In this document: positions 19,549-30,951 of the stretch, piece by piece
How positions within the stretch are numbered: the stretch's first letter is position 1
Layout: each line of letters starts with the position of its first letter
Source of the DNA: Candidatus Omnitrophota bacterium
Lineage (GTDB): Bacteria > Omnitrophota > Gorgyraeia > Zapsychrales > Zapsychraceae
Assembly: GCA_018062515.1 (NCBI GenBank)
Contig: JAGOSC010000004.1
Span: 9,811 to 73,810 of the forward strand
Direction: 5' to 3'
Length of the DNA: 64,000 nt
Notes under the pieces: generated by a model
Seen by the model: only the letters and a program-made list of their open reading frames with translations
Databases searched by the model: none
Told to the model about the DNA's origin: nothing
Position numbers and translations under genes: made by a program

Positions 19549-20709
19549 TTATTTACCCATCCCCACTCTTTGCCCGACTTGAAAAACTTTTCCTTCCGTT
19601 TGAATAGAAGGCGCGATTATCATTTCAACATCATGCATTTCTTTGATATTACTTGCACCCAAAGAACCCATAGACGTTTGCAAGGCACCGACCAAGTTTT
19701 GCGATCCGTCATCCACTTTGGCGGGTCCAAATAAAATTTCTTGTAATGTTCCGGTAGTACCAACTCGAATACGTGTTCCCCGAGGAAGATTGGCGTGCGA
19801 CGTTGCCATGCCCCAATGAAAACCTTGACCGGGCGCTTCCAATGTTTTTGCGAAAGCCGAACCAACCATACACGCATCTGCTCCAGCTGCAAATGCCTTA
19901 CAAATTTCACCACCGATTCTCATTCCTCCGTCGGTAATAATGGAAACGTATTTACCCGTTTTCTTATAATATTGATCTCTAGCAGCGGCGCAATCAACCG
20001 TCGAGGTGATTTGCGGAACGCCTATACCTAATACGCCTCGCGTTGTACACGCAGCTCCGGGTCCAATTCCAACCAAAAGACCGGCAACTCCGATTTCGAT
20101 TAACTCAGAAGCCATTTCAAACGTGACGCAATTTCCCAGAATGATCGGCATTTTCGATTGTCGGATAAATTTTTCTAAATCAACGATCTTATATTCCGTG
20201 GCAACATGTTTTAAGGTGGCAACGGTGGATTGAATGACAAAAATATCACAGCCGGCGTCTTGAGCAATTTTACCGAACTTTTCTGAATTTTGAGGAATAC
20301 AACTGACAACCGCAGGTACGTTTCCCGCTTTTATCTCGCGAATTCTCTTTCCTATTAAATCTTCTTTAACTGGTTGTAAATAAACAGATTGGACTAGTTT
20401 TGTCGCTTCTTCAGGTGAGGCATTAGCGATTTGACTTATAACATCTGCGGGGTTTTCGTATCGGGTTTGAATTCCATCGAGGTTAAGAACAGCTATTCCG
20501 CCTAATTGGCCCATTTTAATGGCAAAACTGACGTCAACAACACCATCCATGGCTGCGGCAAGTATGGGAACCTTAAATTTATTCCCGCCAACAGACCAAC
20601 TCGTGTCAACTTCATTGGGATTAACGGTCAGCATACCAGGGACTAACGCAATTTCATCAAAACCATAACATCGTCTAGCGCGTCGTCCTATGCCTATCCA
20701 CTCGGCCAT
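19549..20709 (-). CDS. IMP dehydrogenase/GMP reductase family protein lacking the CBS subdomain
   Basis: 386 aa. Catalytic loop GIGPGAACTTR with the Cys. Adjacent to guaA. No CBS pair. Confidence 0.65.
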   Translation of the reverse strand: MAEWIGIGRRARRCYGFDEIALVPGMLTVNPNEVDTSWSVGGNKFKVPILAAAMDGVVDVSFAIKMGQLGGIAVLNLDGIQTRYENPADVISQIANASPEEATKLVQSVYLQPVKEDLIGKRIREIKAGNVPAVVSCIPQNSEKFGKIAQDAGCDIFVIQSTVATLKHVATEYKIVDLEKFIRQSKMPIILGNCVTFEMASELIEIGVAGLLVGIGPGAACTTRGVLGIGVPQITSTVDCAAARDQYYKKTGKYVSIITDGGMRIGGEICKAFAAGADACMVGSAFAKTLEAPGQGFHWGMATSHANLPRGTRIRVGTTGTLQEILFGPAKVDDGSQNLVGALQTSMGSLGASNIKEMHDVEMIIAPSIQTEGKVFQVGQRVGMGK

Positions 20710-20809
20710 TTTCTTTCCTTCCTTGAATGTATTTCGGCTGTAAACCGTTATAATTGAATGTGTTTAGATTGACTAGTTATTAGCTCAAACGGAGTTTGAT
20801 TAAAGTAAT

Positions 20810-20838
20810 AATATAGTCATTTTGGTTGGAATTGTCAA
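20810..20838 (-). promoter_or_regulatory. Sigma-70-like promoter for the guaB-like/guaA operon
   Basis: Minus strand reads TTGACA (20833..20838), 17 nt, TATATT (20810..20815), about 100 nt upstream of the ATG at 20709. Confidence 0.4.
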
Positions 20839-20877
20839 GCAAGAAAAAAAGACAACTGCAAACCCAATTCAATTCTT

Positions 20878-23800
20878 TTAGTTTACAGTTAAACTAAGAT
20901 GAGCATGTTCAATCGGTTTACTATCCTGCAGATCCTGCAAATTAGATGTCACAGTATCGACATCATTTTCAATTCTATTTGAAAGCTTTAAGAACGATGA
21001 CAAATTAGTAATCGGGATTACATTAATAATAGTCGGCGCTAAACCATTTATGTGAATTTGATGATGAGAGCCATTAAATTTGGGAAAAACAAGCGATTGT
21101 GCGCCTTTATGTTCAACTTTAAACAGATTAGGATCCAGGTCAATACCTCCAAGATCTTTTTCATTTGGCAATTTCTTAGACATCCGTGTAGATAACATTG
21201 ATTTATCACCAGATCCGTTTACAGCCGGTTCAAAAATTGAGGCATCGACCTTTGATATGGACGGATAATTAATTCCGGCGCGGTCAGCTTCGTAAGCTAA
21301 TGCGGCGTTTTTTTCATCTAACAAATCTTCCGGGAAAATTTTCCAAAACCCCAGCAATCTCCCTCCAACGAGAAGGACATAGGCTGCACGCTCAGTCAGT
21401 TGATAGCTAGTTATATTTGCCAAGGTCTGAACGGATGCACCCTTTTTGAGATCCCATCCGCGTTGCTTATACAGCGCTTCCCTTAAGAACTGAACGCCTT
21501 CAATATATTCAGGGCGATGAGCTAATATATATTCTCTATCCAAACGTATCTCGTCATAAACATCATCTAGCAATTTATAAACTTCCCCTTCTCCTTCAGC
21601 AGCCAAAGATTCTTCCAAAATCTGTATGAAGTCTTCAGATAACATAGCTAAGTCTGAATTTTTAGCCGTAAACTTAGCCCAAGAAAGATTATAGACTTCA
21701 TTCTTAGCAAATAAATTTTTGTATCCACGATTTATTACTTCTTCACGGACCTCCCGCAAAGGGTCTTCTGTCTTACTTATTTTGGCGAATTCCGGTGCGA
21801 CTTTGGATTCGGCATAACTTGTTTCTTTAATGAATGGGCCATAATCATCTTCTTCTAAAGGCTCATATCGATATTTGACATCAGTACGCACATCATAACC
21901 TGACTTTTGTAATGCCTCCAATATATCTGACTGATTATTTGATGCAGGAAATACGGCTGCTCTTTTTTCCTTAACTATTTTGTCATTACTCAAAATAAAA
22001 TATCGCTCATAAACAGATTTATATTGTCCTGATAAATCTTTCACTGACTCATAATCTAGTTTATTCTCATTCATTAGCTTCTCTATTTCATCACTCGTAT
22101 AATCAAATAATGTATGGATACCAACCAAATTCTTCGGAAAATTTTCCGGCCAAGTAATACCCTGAATGTCGCCACTGCCCATTGTAAAAATCGCTTGTGG
22201 ATTCATTACATCCCTGATTCCTTTAAATGTGCGTACCAACTGACTTTTAGGAATCAAATGAACAGCATTTTCCATAATGACATGATCAGCCTTTAAACCA
22301 GGGATATCTGATACCAAAGCAAATTCATCCGCACCAAATTCATCTTTCATTTTCTCCCGATTCTGTCCTAATATATAAAATTCAATTTCATCAATAACAT
22401 CATAAATCGACGGAGTATTCAATACTGCACGAGCGTATTCCATATAGCCGCGGGACAATCCATAGCCGACATCCACTAAAACTAATTTTCTTATTTTTTT
22501 ATGATTTCGTTTTAATAACTCTATTAATTTTAAGCCCGCTCCGCCTGTACCAGCCGACGCGTCAAGAATAACATCTTGTCCATTCGGATTAATTGTTTCA
22601 ACAACACTGTTCAAATCAAATTCCAAATTCTGCTGGTACCACTTTGCCTTAACTACTTTTTCGCCATAAATGTACGCACCACTTCCTATTTTGATTTGTC
22701 CGCCGGTGGGATCGAGCCGTTCAATAAATGTCGGCGTGCCGTCCGCTCTAAAAATTTCACCGTATACAGGTTTATCGGAATTATTGAGTTTAACCGTTAC
22801 GTTACGATTACCCCGTGCTGCCAATTTTTCCTTTTGTTGAGGAGTCAAATCACCTTCATTTATAAGGGCTTCGTCGACGTTGTTTATTTTTGTGAAGTCG
22901 CCGCCTCCTGAAAAATATTGGCGAGGAATGGTGTGTTTTGTAACCGAATCATAATCTTCTTTAATAAAGTTATAAACGCCCTTTTTAAAAGATTCAACAT
23001 ACTGGCTATAAATTTTTTGATTTAAAGTCTTATCTTGAGTTTCTATGCCTTCCGTCTTATTCTGGTCGACATAAATTTTTTCAATCAAACTTCCTCTCAG
23101 ATTATCTTTGTACCAACTAGCAAGGATTACCGCATGATATATTTGACGAAGCTGACTAAATGTTTTCCCTTCGTTCACTTCTCTTTCAATCTCAGGAATC
23201 AAAACTTCCCGCACAACATCCAAGGAAGCGCCGGTGATCACATCAGCTTGATCACTTGTTTGTCCGTGTTTTTGAATAGCTTGGTGATTTTCAAGAGCCA
23301 AATAATCTTCTTCCAACATGACTTTTAATTTACTTTCAACGATAACAACACTATTGTTCTGCTCAAAAATAACCGCTTTTTCCGGAACAATCCATATCTT
23401 ATTAAAAGTATTCATGGGAATATCAGCCGAACCGAATTTTTCATAAGCCAACTGATGAACCTTCTGCCAAAATTTCTTTCCTGTCTGTGCATCCGGATAC
23501 ATCATCGACGACGTTAATTGTTTTAACATATAATCCTGAGCCAAAAGATCGATACCCATGTCGGTCTTGCCGAGGTTTTCTGGAATCATACGATTTTCTT
23601 CAAATGGAGATAAATTCACCCACAATTCATACTCCGGGGTAGTCAATGCAGCAAGGAAATATTTTATCAATCGTTTGGATTCGGTTTGAAACTGCTGATC
23701 ATCAAAATTTTCCTGTCCAGGATTAATAATAAAACTCATTTCAAGAGGATTATTGGGATGAATGGTAATTCCCGTAATAATGGCTGGAGAAAAAATTCCC

Positions 23801-23955
23801 GACGACGTGATTAAAGTGTCTGATGCCGGTAAATTTAAATTGGCGAAAACCTGAGCACAGCTCGGAGGCGTGACCGATGTAGCCAAAAACAAAATTAAAA
23901 TGAAGTGGTTAATAAAATGAAGAAATGAATGTTTTTTAGAATTTAAAAAACGCAT
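20878..23955 (-). CDS. Large secreted or membrane-anchored protein with a central class-I SAM-methyltransferase-like domain; function unknown
   Basis: 1025 aa. N-terminal signal-peptide-like segment (HFILILFLATSVTPPSCAQVFA). Motif I-like VILDASAGTGGAGLKL followed by an acidic LVLVDVG beta-2. No other recognisable domain. Confidence 0.45.
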   Translation of the reverse strand: MRFLNSKKHSFLHFINHFILILFLATSVTPPSCAQVFANLNLPASDTLITSSGIFSPAIITGITIHPNNPLEMSFIINPGQENFDDQQFQTESKRLIKYFLAALTTPEYELWVNLSPFEENRMIPENLGKTDMGIDLLAQDYMLKQLTSSMMYPDAQTGKKFWQKVHQLAYEKFGSADIPMNTFNKIWIVPEKAVIFEQNNSVVIVESKLKVMLEEDYLALENHQAIQKHGQTSDQADVITGASLDVVREVLIPEIEREVNEGKTFSQLRQIYHAVILASWYKDNLRGSLIEKIYVDQNKTEGIETQDKTLNQKIYSQYVESFKKGVYNFIKEDYDSVTKHTIPRQYFSGGGDFTKINNVDEALINEGDLTPQQKEKLAARGNRNVTVKLNNSDKPVYGEIFRADGTPTFIERLDPTGGQIKIGSGAYIYGEKVVKAKWYQQNLEFDLNSVVETINPNGQDVILDASAGTGGAGLKLIELLKRNHKKIRKLVLVDVGYGLSRGYMEYARAVLNTPSIYDVIDEIEFYILGQNREKMKDEFGADEFALVSDIPGLKADHVIMENAVHLIPKSQLVRTFKGIRDVMNPQAIFTMGSGDIQGITWPENFPKNLVGIHTLFDYTSDEIEKLMNENKLDYESVKDLSGQYKSVYERYFILSNDKIVKEKRAAVFPASNNQSDILEALQKSGYDVRTDVKYRYEPLEEDDYGPFIKETSYAESKVAPEFAKISKTEDPLREVREEVINRGYKNLFAKNEVYNLSWAKFTAKNSDLAMLSEDFIQILEESLAAEGEGEVYKLLDDVYDEIRLDREYILAHRPEYIEGVQFLREALYKQRGWDLKKGASVQTLANITSYQLTERAAYVLLVGGRLLGFWKIFPEDLLDEKNAALAYEADRAGINYPSISKVDASIFEPAVNGSGDKSMLSTRMSKKLPNEKDLGGIDLDPNLFKVEHKGAQSLVFPKFNGSHHQIHINGLAPTIINVIPITNLSSFLKLSNRIENDVDTVTSNLQDLQDSKPIEHAHLSLTVN

Positions 23956-24164
23956 GAGAAATCCTGACTTTTTTGAAGGTTGTTTAATTAAAATAATTCA
24001 AAAAGCTGATCTGAATTTGATTCGAAACCAAAGCTGGATTGTTGTACAGATGTGATTGGGGAATGGCTTATAGTTAAATAAGTTAAAGCTAGTATACAAT
24101 ACTAAATTGATTAGTCAATAGTATATACCCTGACACTCTAGGACATGCTATTATGAATAATTGT

Positions 24165-24201
24165 ACAAAAAGAAAGGGCAAGGATATAAATCCTTGCCCT
24201 T
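24165..24201 (-). terminator. Rho-independent terminator downstream of groEL
   Basis: Perfect 12-bp stem AAGGGCAAGGAT/ATCCTTGCCCTT with a 4-nt loop, followed on the minus strand by TCTTTTTGT. The plus strand also has a T-run, so it may be bidirectional. Confidence 0.6.
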
Positions 24202-24223
24202 TTTAAGTTCATTTCTGAACGGT

Positions 24224-25876
<1,653 letters not shown>

Positions 25877-25911
25877 TTATAATTTCCTCCGGATTAAATT
25901 CTAATTTAAAT

Positions 25912-26202
25912 TTATTTTACAACCGCGAAAACATCTTCTTCGCGCATAATTAAAAGCTCTTCACCTTCATTCGTGGTGATTTCAGTCCCGCTGTATTTTC
26001 CGTATAAAACTCGATCACCTTTTTTCACTTCTAAAGCTTTTACTTTACCATCTTCACATACTTTACCTTTTCCAACAGCAACAACTTTACCTTCTTGAGG
26101 TTTTTCTTTGGCTGTTTCAGGTAGCAAGATACCACCTTTGGTTTTTTCAACTGCTTCCAATGGTTTGACTAAAATCCTGTCTGCTAATGGTTGAATATCC
26201 AT
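25912..26202 (-). CDS. groS: Co-chaperonin GroES
   Basis: 96 aa. Mobile loop and KPLxDRILV signature. Directly upstream of groEL. Confidence 0.9.
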   Translation of the reverse strand: MDIQPLADRILVKPLEAVEKTKGGILLPETAKEKPQEGKVVAVGKGKVCEDGKVKALEVKKGDRVLYGKYSGTEITTNEGEELLIMREEDVFAVVK

Positions 26203-26254
26203 ATCACTCTCCTCCGTATTTAGATTAAATGGATTGAATTTAAAATTCTGTGGG

Positions 26255-26281
26255 TTAGCACTGCCTATCTAAGAGTGCTAA
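26255..26281. promoter_or_regulatory. CIRCE inverted repeat (HrcA operator)
   Basis: TTAGCACTG-N9-GAGTGCTAA on the plus strand. The minus-strand reading is a perfect TTAGCACTC left half, consensus TTAGCACTC-N9-GAGTGCTAA. Lies in the groES leader. Confidence 0.85.
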
Positions 26282-26307
26282 TTTATCAAAAATATCCTAT
26301 TTGTCAA
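26280..26307 (-). promoter_or_regulatory. Sigma-A-type promoter of groES-groEL
   Basis: Minus strand reads TTGACA (26302..26307), 16 nt, TAAATT (26280..26285). The -10 overlaps the first 2 nt of CIRCE, the classic arrangement. Confidence 0.65.
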
Positions 26308-26375
26308 GCCCTTTTTTTCTGTGCTGTAATTGCTTTAATCGGAATGAGTAAGGTTTTAGCTAAAAGACGGTGGGG

Positions 26376-27146
26376 TTAAAACGAATGGTAGTGACGGCTT
26401 AATAAGGCCATTCCCTTAAAAACGAGGAGTCGATCAATTTTGGTAATTTTTACGGTAATAAAACGTTTCATAACTTGGGTGTAACCCCCCGTTATAATAA
26501 CCTTTGGCTTCTGTTTCATTTGACTAGATAATTTATGAATGAGTCCATTACACATTTCACCGTATCCATAAAATATCCCGCTCAATATACTTTCTTCCGT
26601 GTTTTTTCCGATCACATTTTTCGGTGACTTAACAGTTTCAATTCGCGGCAGCAGGGCCGTTTTTGAATATAGAGATTCCATAGATAATCGTATTCCTGGG
26701 ACAATCATACCGCCTTCATAATGCCCCTTGGATGATAAAACGTCAAATGTAATAGCCGTTCCGAAATCAATCACAATCGCCGGTTGTCCGTATAACATTT
26801 TCGCCGCATAAGCAACAACCAGACGATCTTGACCGACCTGTTTTGGGTTGTAATATTTATTTTTCACGGGAACATCCCAATCTTTTCCTATGACATGGAC
26901 GGGAATATCCAATTCTTTCTTAACAAGCTGAACAACAATGTCCGTTTTATCGGGAACTACACTACAAATAATCGCTTCTTTAAGATGAATTTTATCCTTC
27001 GAAATCCGACTCAAAACCTTTCGAAAAACTGTTTTTAATTCATTCTTTTTCAGACGTGAATTCAAATTGTCGATTGCTTTTATCTGTCGACCATTGAGCA
27101 ATGCCAACGAAATAGATGTATTTCCGATATCTACGGCTAAAATCAT
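26376..27146 (-). CDS. coaX: Type III pantothenate kinase
   Basis: N-terminal MILAVDIGNTSISLAL. ASKHA fold, 256 aa. Confidence 0.8.
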   Translation of the reverse strand: MILAVDIGNTSISLALLNGRQIKAIDNLNSRLKKNELKTVFRKVLSRISKDKIHLKEAIICSVVPDKTDIVVQLVKKELDIPVHVIGKDWDVPVKNKYYNPKQVGQDRLVVAYAAKMLYGQPAIVIDFGTAITFDVLSSKGHYEGGMIVPGIRLSMESLYSKTALLPRIETVKSPKNVIGKNTEESILSGIFYGYGEMCNGLIHKLSSQMKQKPKVIITGGYTQVMKRFITVKITKIDRLLVFKGMALLSRHYHSF

Positions 27147-27178
27147 AATAATCTCACTTAAAAATCTGTTCTGGTTGA

Positions 27179-29209
27179 TTACATATGTTTTATTCTTTTA
27201 GGAGCCTTGGAAGATGAAGACTTTTGCGATCCCATATCTTTTCCAGACTTAAGCTCCAGGATTTTATCGCGAATGCGGGCGGCTTTCTCAAATTGCAAAT
27301 TCCTCGCCGCTGCCTCCATCTCGCCTTCCAACTCGGCGATATAAGTGGATAATGTATACTCTTCTCTTGCTTGTCCGACGACACTCATCACTGTTTCTTC
27401 AGCTTCTTCGTAAGCTAAATCCTCAATCCCGCCGCGAATTATTTTCTTGATCGTCGCTGGAGTAATATTATGTTCTTTATTAAAAGCAGTCTGGATTTTT
27501 CGTCGACGATCGCATTCATAAATGGTTGCTCTCATCGCTTCACTCATCGTATCCGCGTACATAATAACCAGGCCTTCAATATTCCTCGCAGCTCGACCAG
27601 CGGTTTGAATGAGAGATGTCTGTGAACGCAAAAAACCTTGTTTGTCAGCATCCAAAATAGCAACCAAGGTTACCTCCGGCAAGTCGAGCCCTTCTCTCAA
27701 TAAGTTTACACCAACCAGACAATCAAATTTTTTTGTTCTTAAATCTTTTAATATTTTTGACCGGTCAATTGTATCAATATCAGAATGAAGATATTTTACA
27801 CTTAAACCTTGGTCGATCAAATAATCGGTTAAATCTTCTGACATCCGTTTTGTTAATGTGGTGATTAAGACACGCTGATCGATAGCCGCCCGCTTTTTAA
27901 TTTCACCGACTAGATCATCGACTTGTCCTTTAGTAGGCCGTACTTCTATCGGCGGATCGACGATGCCCGTCGGACGGATAATCTGTTCAATAATATGCCC
28001 CTTGCCGACTTCCTTCTCGTATTTACTTGGCGTTGCGGACACATAAATGGTTTGGTTGGTGATTGACTCGAATTCGGAAAATTTTAAAGGACGATTATCC
28101 AAACATGACGGAAGGCGAAATCCATAATTAACTAAAGTCTGTTTTCTCGCTTTGTCGCCTTCATACATTCCATTTAACTGTGGAATTGTAACATGCGATT
28201 CATCAATCAAAGTGAGAAAATCCGACGGAAAATAATCGATCAAACATGATGGCCGTGACCCGGGAGGCCGCCCGGATAAATAGCGGGAATAATTCTCAAT
28301 CCCGTTACAGTAGCCCATTTCTCTAAGCATTTCCATGTCATAACGTGTTCGTGAATTTAATCGCTGCGCTTCAGCTAATTTTCCTTCAGTTTTCAATTTT
28401 TTAAGTTGAACATTTAATTCTTCTTCTATTTCCTTCAATGATTCTTCAATACGCGGATGTGAAATAATGTAATGTTTCGCCGGATAAATTGCAACTTGAT
28501 CGAGCGTCTGAATTTCATTTCCAGAAACCGGTTCTATTTGTGTAATCTTTTCAATTTCCTCTCCAAAAAACTGTATGCGAAGCGCATCTTGACGATAGGC
28601 CGGATACACTTCTAAGGTATCACCCCGAACACGGATTTTCCCTCGGGAAAAGTCATAATCATTACGTTCATATTGAATATTGATCAGTTTAAGAAGTACT
28701 TCATCGCGGTCAATTTGTTGGCCGACTTTTAGAAAAAGCAAAAACTCACGGTAATCTTGAGGAGATCCGAGATTATAAATACAGGAAACACTGCCTACGA
28801 TAATGACATCACGTCGAGACATTAAGGCTGTCGTCGAAGAAAGCCTAAGCCTGTCTAGACGATCGTTGACGGAAGAATCTTTTTCAATGTAAATATCCGT
28901 CTGAGGAACATAGGCCTCCGGTTGATAATAATCATAATAACTCACAAAATATTCAACCGCATTATGCGGAAAAAACTCTTTAAATTCACTGTATAACTGA
29001 GCGGCCAATGTTTTATTATGAGAAATCACCAACGTCGGACGATTAATTTTTTCAATGACATTAGCCAAAGTAAATGTTTTTCCACTGCCGGTCACACCTA
29101 AAAGAACCTGTGATTTCACATTCTTATTGATTCCATCCACAAGCTTATCGACGGCATCGAGCTGTTCCGTGACTGGTTTAAATTTACTTTCCAGTTTAAA
29201 ATCATTCAT
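27179..29209 (-). CDS. uvrB: Excinuclease ABC subunit B
   Basis: Helicase motifs, beta-hairpin, C-terminal UvrC-interaction coiled coil. Start set to MNDFKL (29209); the longer track ORF would read through the upstream terminator hairpin. Confidence 0.9.
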   Translation of the reverse strand: MNDFKLESKFKPVTEQLDAVDKLVDGINKNVKSQVLLGVTGSGKTFTLANVIEKINRPTLVISHNKTLAAQLYSEFKEFFPHNAVEYFVSYYDYYQPEAYVPQTDIYIEKDSSVNDRLDRLRLSSTTALMSRRDVIIVGSVSCIYNLGSPQDYREFLLFLKVGQQIDRDEVLLKLINIQYERNDYDFSRGKIRVRGDTLEVYPAYRQDALRIQFFGEEIEKITQIEPVSGNEIQTLDQVAIYPAKHYIISHPRIEESLKEIEEELNVQLKKLKTEGKLAEAQRLNSRTRYDMEMLREMGYCNGIENYSRYLSGRPPGSRPSCLIDYFPSDFLTLIDESHVTIPQLNGMYEGDKARKQTLVNYGFRLPSCLDNRPLKFSEFESITNQTIYVSATPSKYEKEVGKGHIIEQIIRPTGIVDPPIEVRPTKGQVDDLVGEIKKRAAIDQRVLITTLTKRMSEDLTDYLIDQGLSVKYLHSDIDTIDRSKILKDLRTKKFDCLVGVNLLREGLDLPEVTLVAILDADKQGFLRSQTSLIQTAGRAARNIEGLVIMYADTMSEAMRATIYECDRRRKIQTAFNKEHNITPATIKKIIRGGIEDLAYEEAEETVMSVVGQAREEYTLSTYIAELEGEMEAAARNLQFEKAARIRDKILELKSGKDMGSQKSSSSKAPKRIKHM

Positions 29210-29218
29210 TTTAGCACC

Positions 29219-29244
29219 AAAAAAAAGGCGGGTTATCACCCGCC
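29219..29244 (-). terminator. Rho-independent terminator downstream of the lipoprotein gene, 10 nt upstream of uvrB
   Basis: GGCGGG-tgataa-CCCGCC stem-loop followed by TTTTTTTT on the minus strand. Confidence 0.7.
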
Positions 29245-29265
29245 TTCCAAGAAATAATTTTCAGA

Positions 29266-29721
29266 TTACTTTACGTGATCTTTTATGTTATTGAAAAGTC
29301 TTTCCGTCGCCAGCGGATGTTTATAATTTTTAAATGCTCCAAAGGTGAGCGAATTGACCGTTAAATACCGCATCTCAACTTCCGTCTGATTGGGTTGATC
29401 TGTGCTTCGCAAATATATATTAACTCTAGCAAAGCGTGTCCCTAAAAAAAATGGCAAGTCCTGGATATCTGAAAATAATACGATCTGTTTGCTGTTTGGA
29501 TCCGTCCTCGAGCTATGTTCAAAAACATTCGGATCCGACTTAGAAATAATTTCCCATCCCGAATCTTTTAATGCTTGATAAGTTGCATCTAATGTTTTTT
29601 CATAATCAGCGTTGATCACTTGTTTATACGGATTTTCGTCTTTAATGTATTTAGGTATAGTCACCGTCGAACATCCGGTTAAACACCCAACAAAAAGAAG
29701 TATCAATAATTTTTTATTCAT
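29266..29721 (-). CDS. Lipoprotein of unknown function
   Basis: MNKKLLILLFVGCLTGCST signal and lipobox. 151 aa, no recognised domain. Confidence 0.5.
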   Translation of the reverse strand: MNKKLLILLFVGCLTGCSTVTIPKYIKDENPYKQVINADYEKTLDATYQALKDSGWEIISKSDPNVFEHSSRTDPNSKQIVLFSDIQDLPFFLGTRFARVNIYLRSTDQPNQTEVEMRYLTVNSLTFGAFKNYKHPLATERLFNNIKDHVK

Positions 29722-29742
29722 AAAGATTCACCTTTCAAAGGT

Positions 29743-30057
29743 TCAACACACTTTACCATGTTTATACGGCCGTCCCTGATTAATTTTAGATTTACGAGAA
29801 ATTTCTTCTTCAATATCTATTCCCAACCCGCCGCATAAATCAAACAGACGAATAAAGGCATCGGCTAACTCTTCTTTAAAATTAGCCTCATCTTGATGCC
29901 GATGTCCTTCCATTGCTTCTGCCAATTCCGTGACGACCAGCATTAAGGCTTCACCTATATTTCTTTTTTGGTCCCAAAAACCTTTTTCTTTGGCGATTTT
30001 ATGACATATCGCGCACATCTCAGAAATTGTTTTCCCTTTTAATTCAGTTTCTTGCAC
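29743..30057 (-). CDS. MazG-like nucleotide pyrophosphohydrolase (small, all-alpha NTP-PPase)
   Basis: EALMLVVTELAEAMEG motif typical of the MazG/NTP-PPase EExxE helix. 104 aa. Confidence 0.55.
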   Translation of the reverse strand: MQETELKGKTISEMCAICHKIAKEKGFWDQKRNIGEALMLVVTELAEAMEGHRHQDEANFKEELADAFIRLFDLCGGLGIDIEEEISRKSKINQGRPYKHGKVC

Positions 30058-30754
30058 GAAAGACCTCCATGTCTGTTGGTAAAGTTGAACTTACTTTTAT
30101 TTTTTTATTTGTTGGCGGATCAGTCCACTCGAGTGAAGCCGCATGAAGCGCCGTTCTATTAAATTTTAGATCGAACCGCCGGACAACAGAATACTTGCGG
30201 TCGCCTACAATTGGATGCCCCATTTCACTGAATTGAATACGGATTTGATTTGTCCTGCCAGTCAAGGGTTGAACTTCAACAATAGCAAAACTTTTCTTTT
30301 GTTCCAAAACTCGAAAGCGTGACTCTGCAAACTTTGGCGACTTGTCTTTATTGTATTTTAAATGATCCTTATCCGCAATATAACCGCGAATTTCCCCTGA
30401 GCGCTGATTCAACTTACCCTGAACAAACGCGATATATTTTTTTTCAATTTTCTGTTCCTTAAACACATCCATCATCATTTGCTGATTCTTTTTGCCTTTG
30501 GCAAACATGATGATACCGGACGTTTCTCGGTCTAGCCGATGACAAGGATGTAATTTGTATTGCTCGCTGGATTTTTGAAAGAGCTTATTAACTTCGCCGA
30601 CCATGGTTATGGCTTCATTTTTGGGAGACGGAATAACAATCATGCCGGAAGGCTTGTCGAAAATCACCACATGATCATTTTCAAAAAGAACAGATATTTT
30701 GTTTTTCCGTACAGCTTGAAACTCTTTATCAGAATTATTCTGATGGTGATTCAT
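30044..30754 (-). CDS. RluA-family pseudouridine synthase
   Basis: HRLDRETSGIIMFAKG catalytic motif. 236 aa. Confidence 0.8.
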   Translation of the reverse strand: MNHHQNNSDKEFQAVRKNKISVLFENDHVVIFDKPSGMIVIPSPKNEAITMVGEVNKLFQKSSEQYKLHPCHRLDRETSGIIMFAKGKKNQQMMMDVFKEQKIEKKYIAFVQGKLNQRSGEIRGYIADKDHLKYNKDKSPKFAESRFRVLEQKKSFAIVEVQPLTGRTNQIRIQFSEMGHPIVGDRKYSVVRRFDLKFNRTALHAASLEWTDPPTNKKIKVSSTLPTDMEVFRARN

Positions 30755-30951
30755 TTTCTGGAAACGACTTATCTTCGATCAATGCAATTAAATAATTTAA
30801 TTTACGAATCAATATAACGGGGAAAATAATAAACCATAAAATCAAGAATGTTTGCAAAGCCATTGCAAAATACAATTGCCCCTCTGATAAGGGAACATTC
30901 ATCGTCTGTTCCATTTTTTCCTTTGAAATTATTATTTAGATTTTAAATATA

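Noticed and set aside
23956-24223. The largest intergenic region (268 nt) examined for tRNA or ncRNA; contains GATTCGAAACC
   Set aside because: No cloverleaf-compatible pairing and no conserved ncRNA motif that I recognise. It is best explained as the promoter region of the large gene plus the groEL terminator.
29209-29239. Longer uvrB start (MITRLFFGAK...) from the ORF track
   Set aside because: It would be translated through the GGCGGG/CCCGCC terminator hairpin and its T-run. UvrB homologs begin at the MNDFKL-type Met.
30755-30951. Short minus-strand ORF (~36 aa, MEQTMECSLIRGAIVF...) in the RluA/PilZ intergenic region, and the plus-strand 85-aa ORF 30560..30817
   Set aside because: On careful re-reading the minus ORF is only ~36 aa with no RBS. 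The plus ORF overlaps the rluA coding sequence antisense. Neither is convincing.
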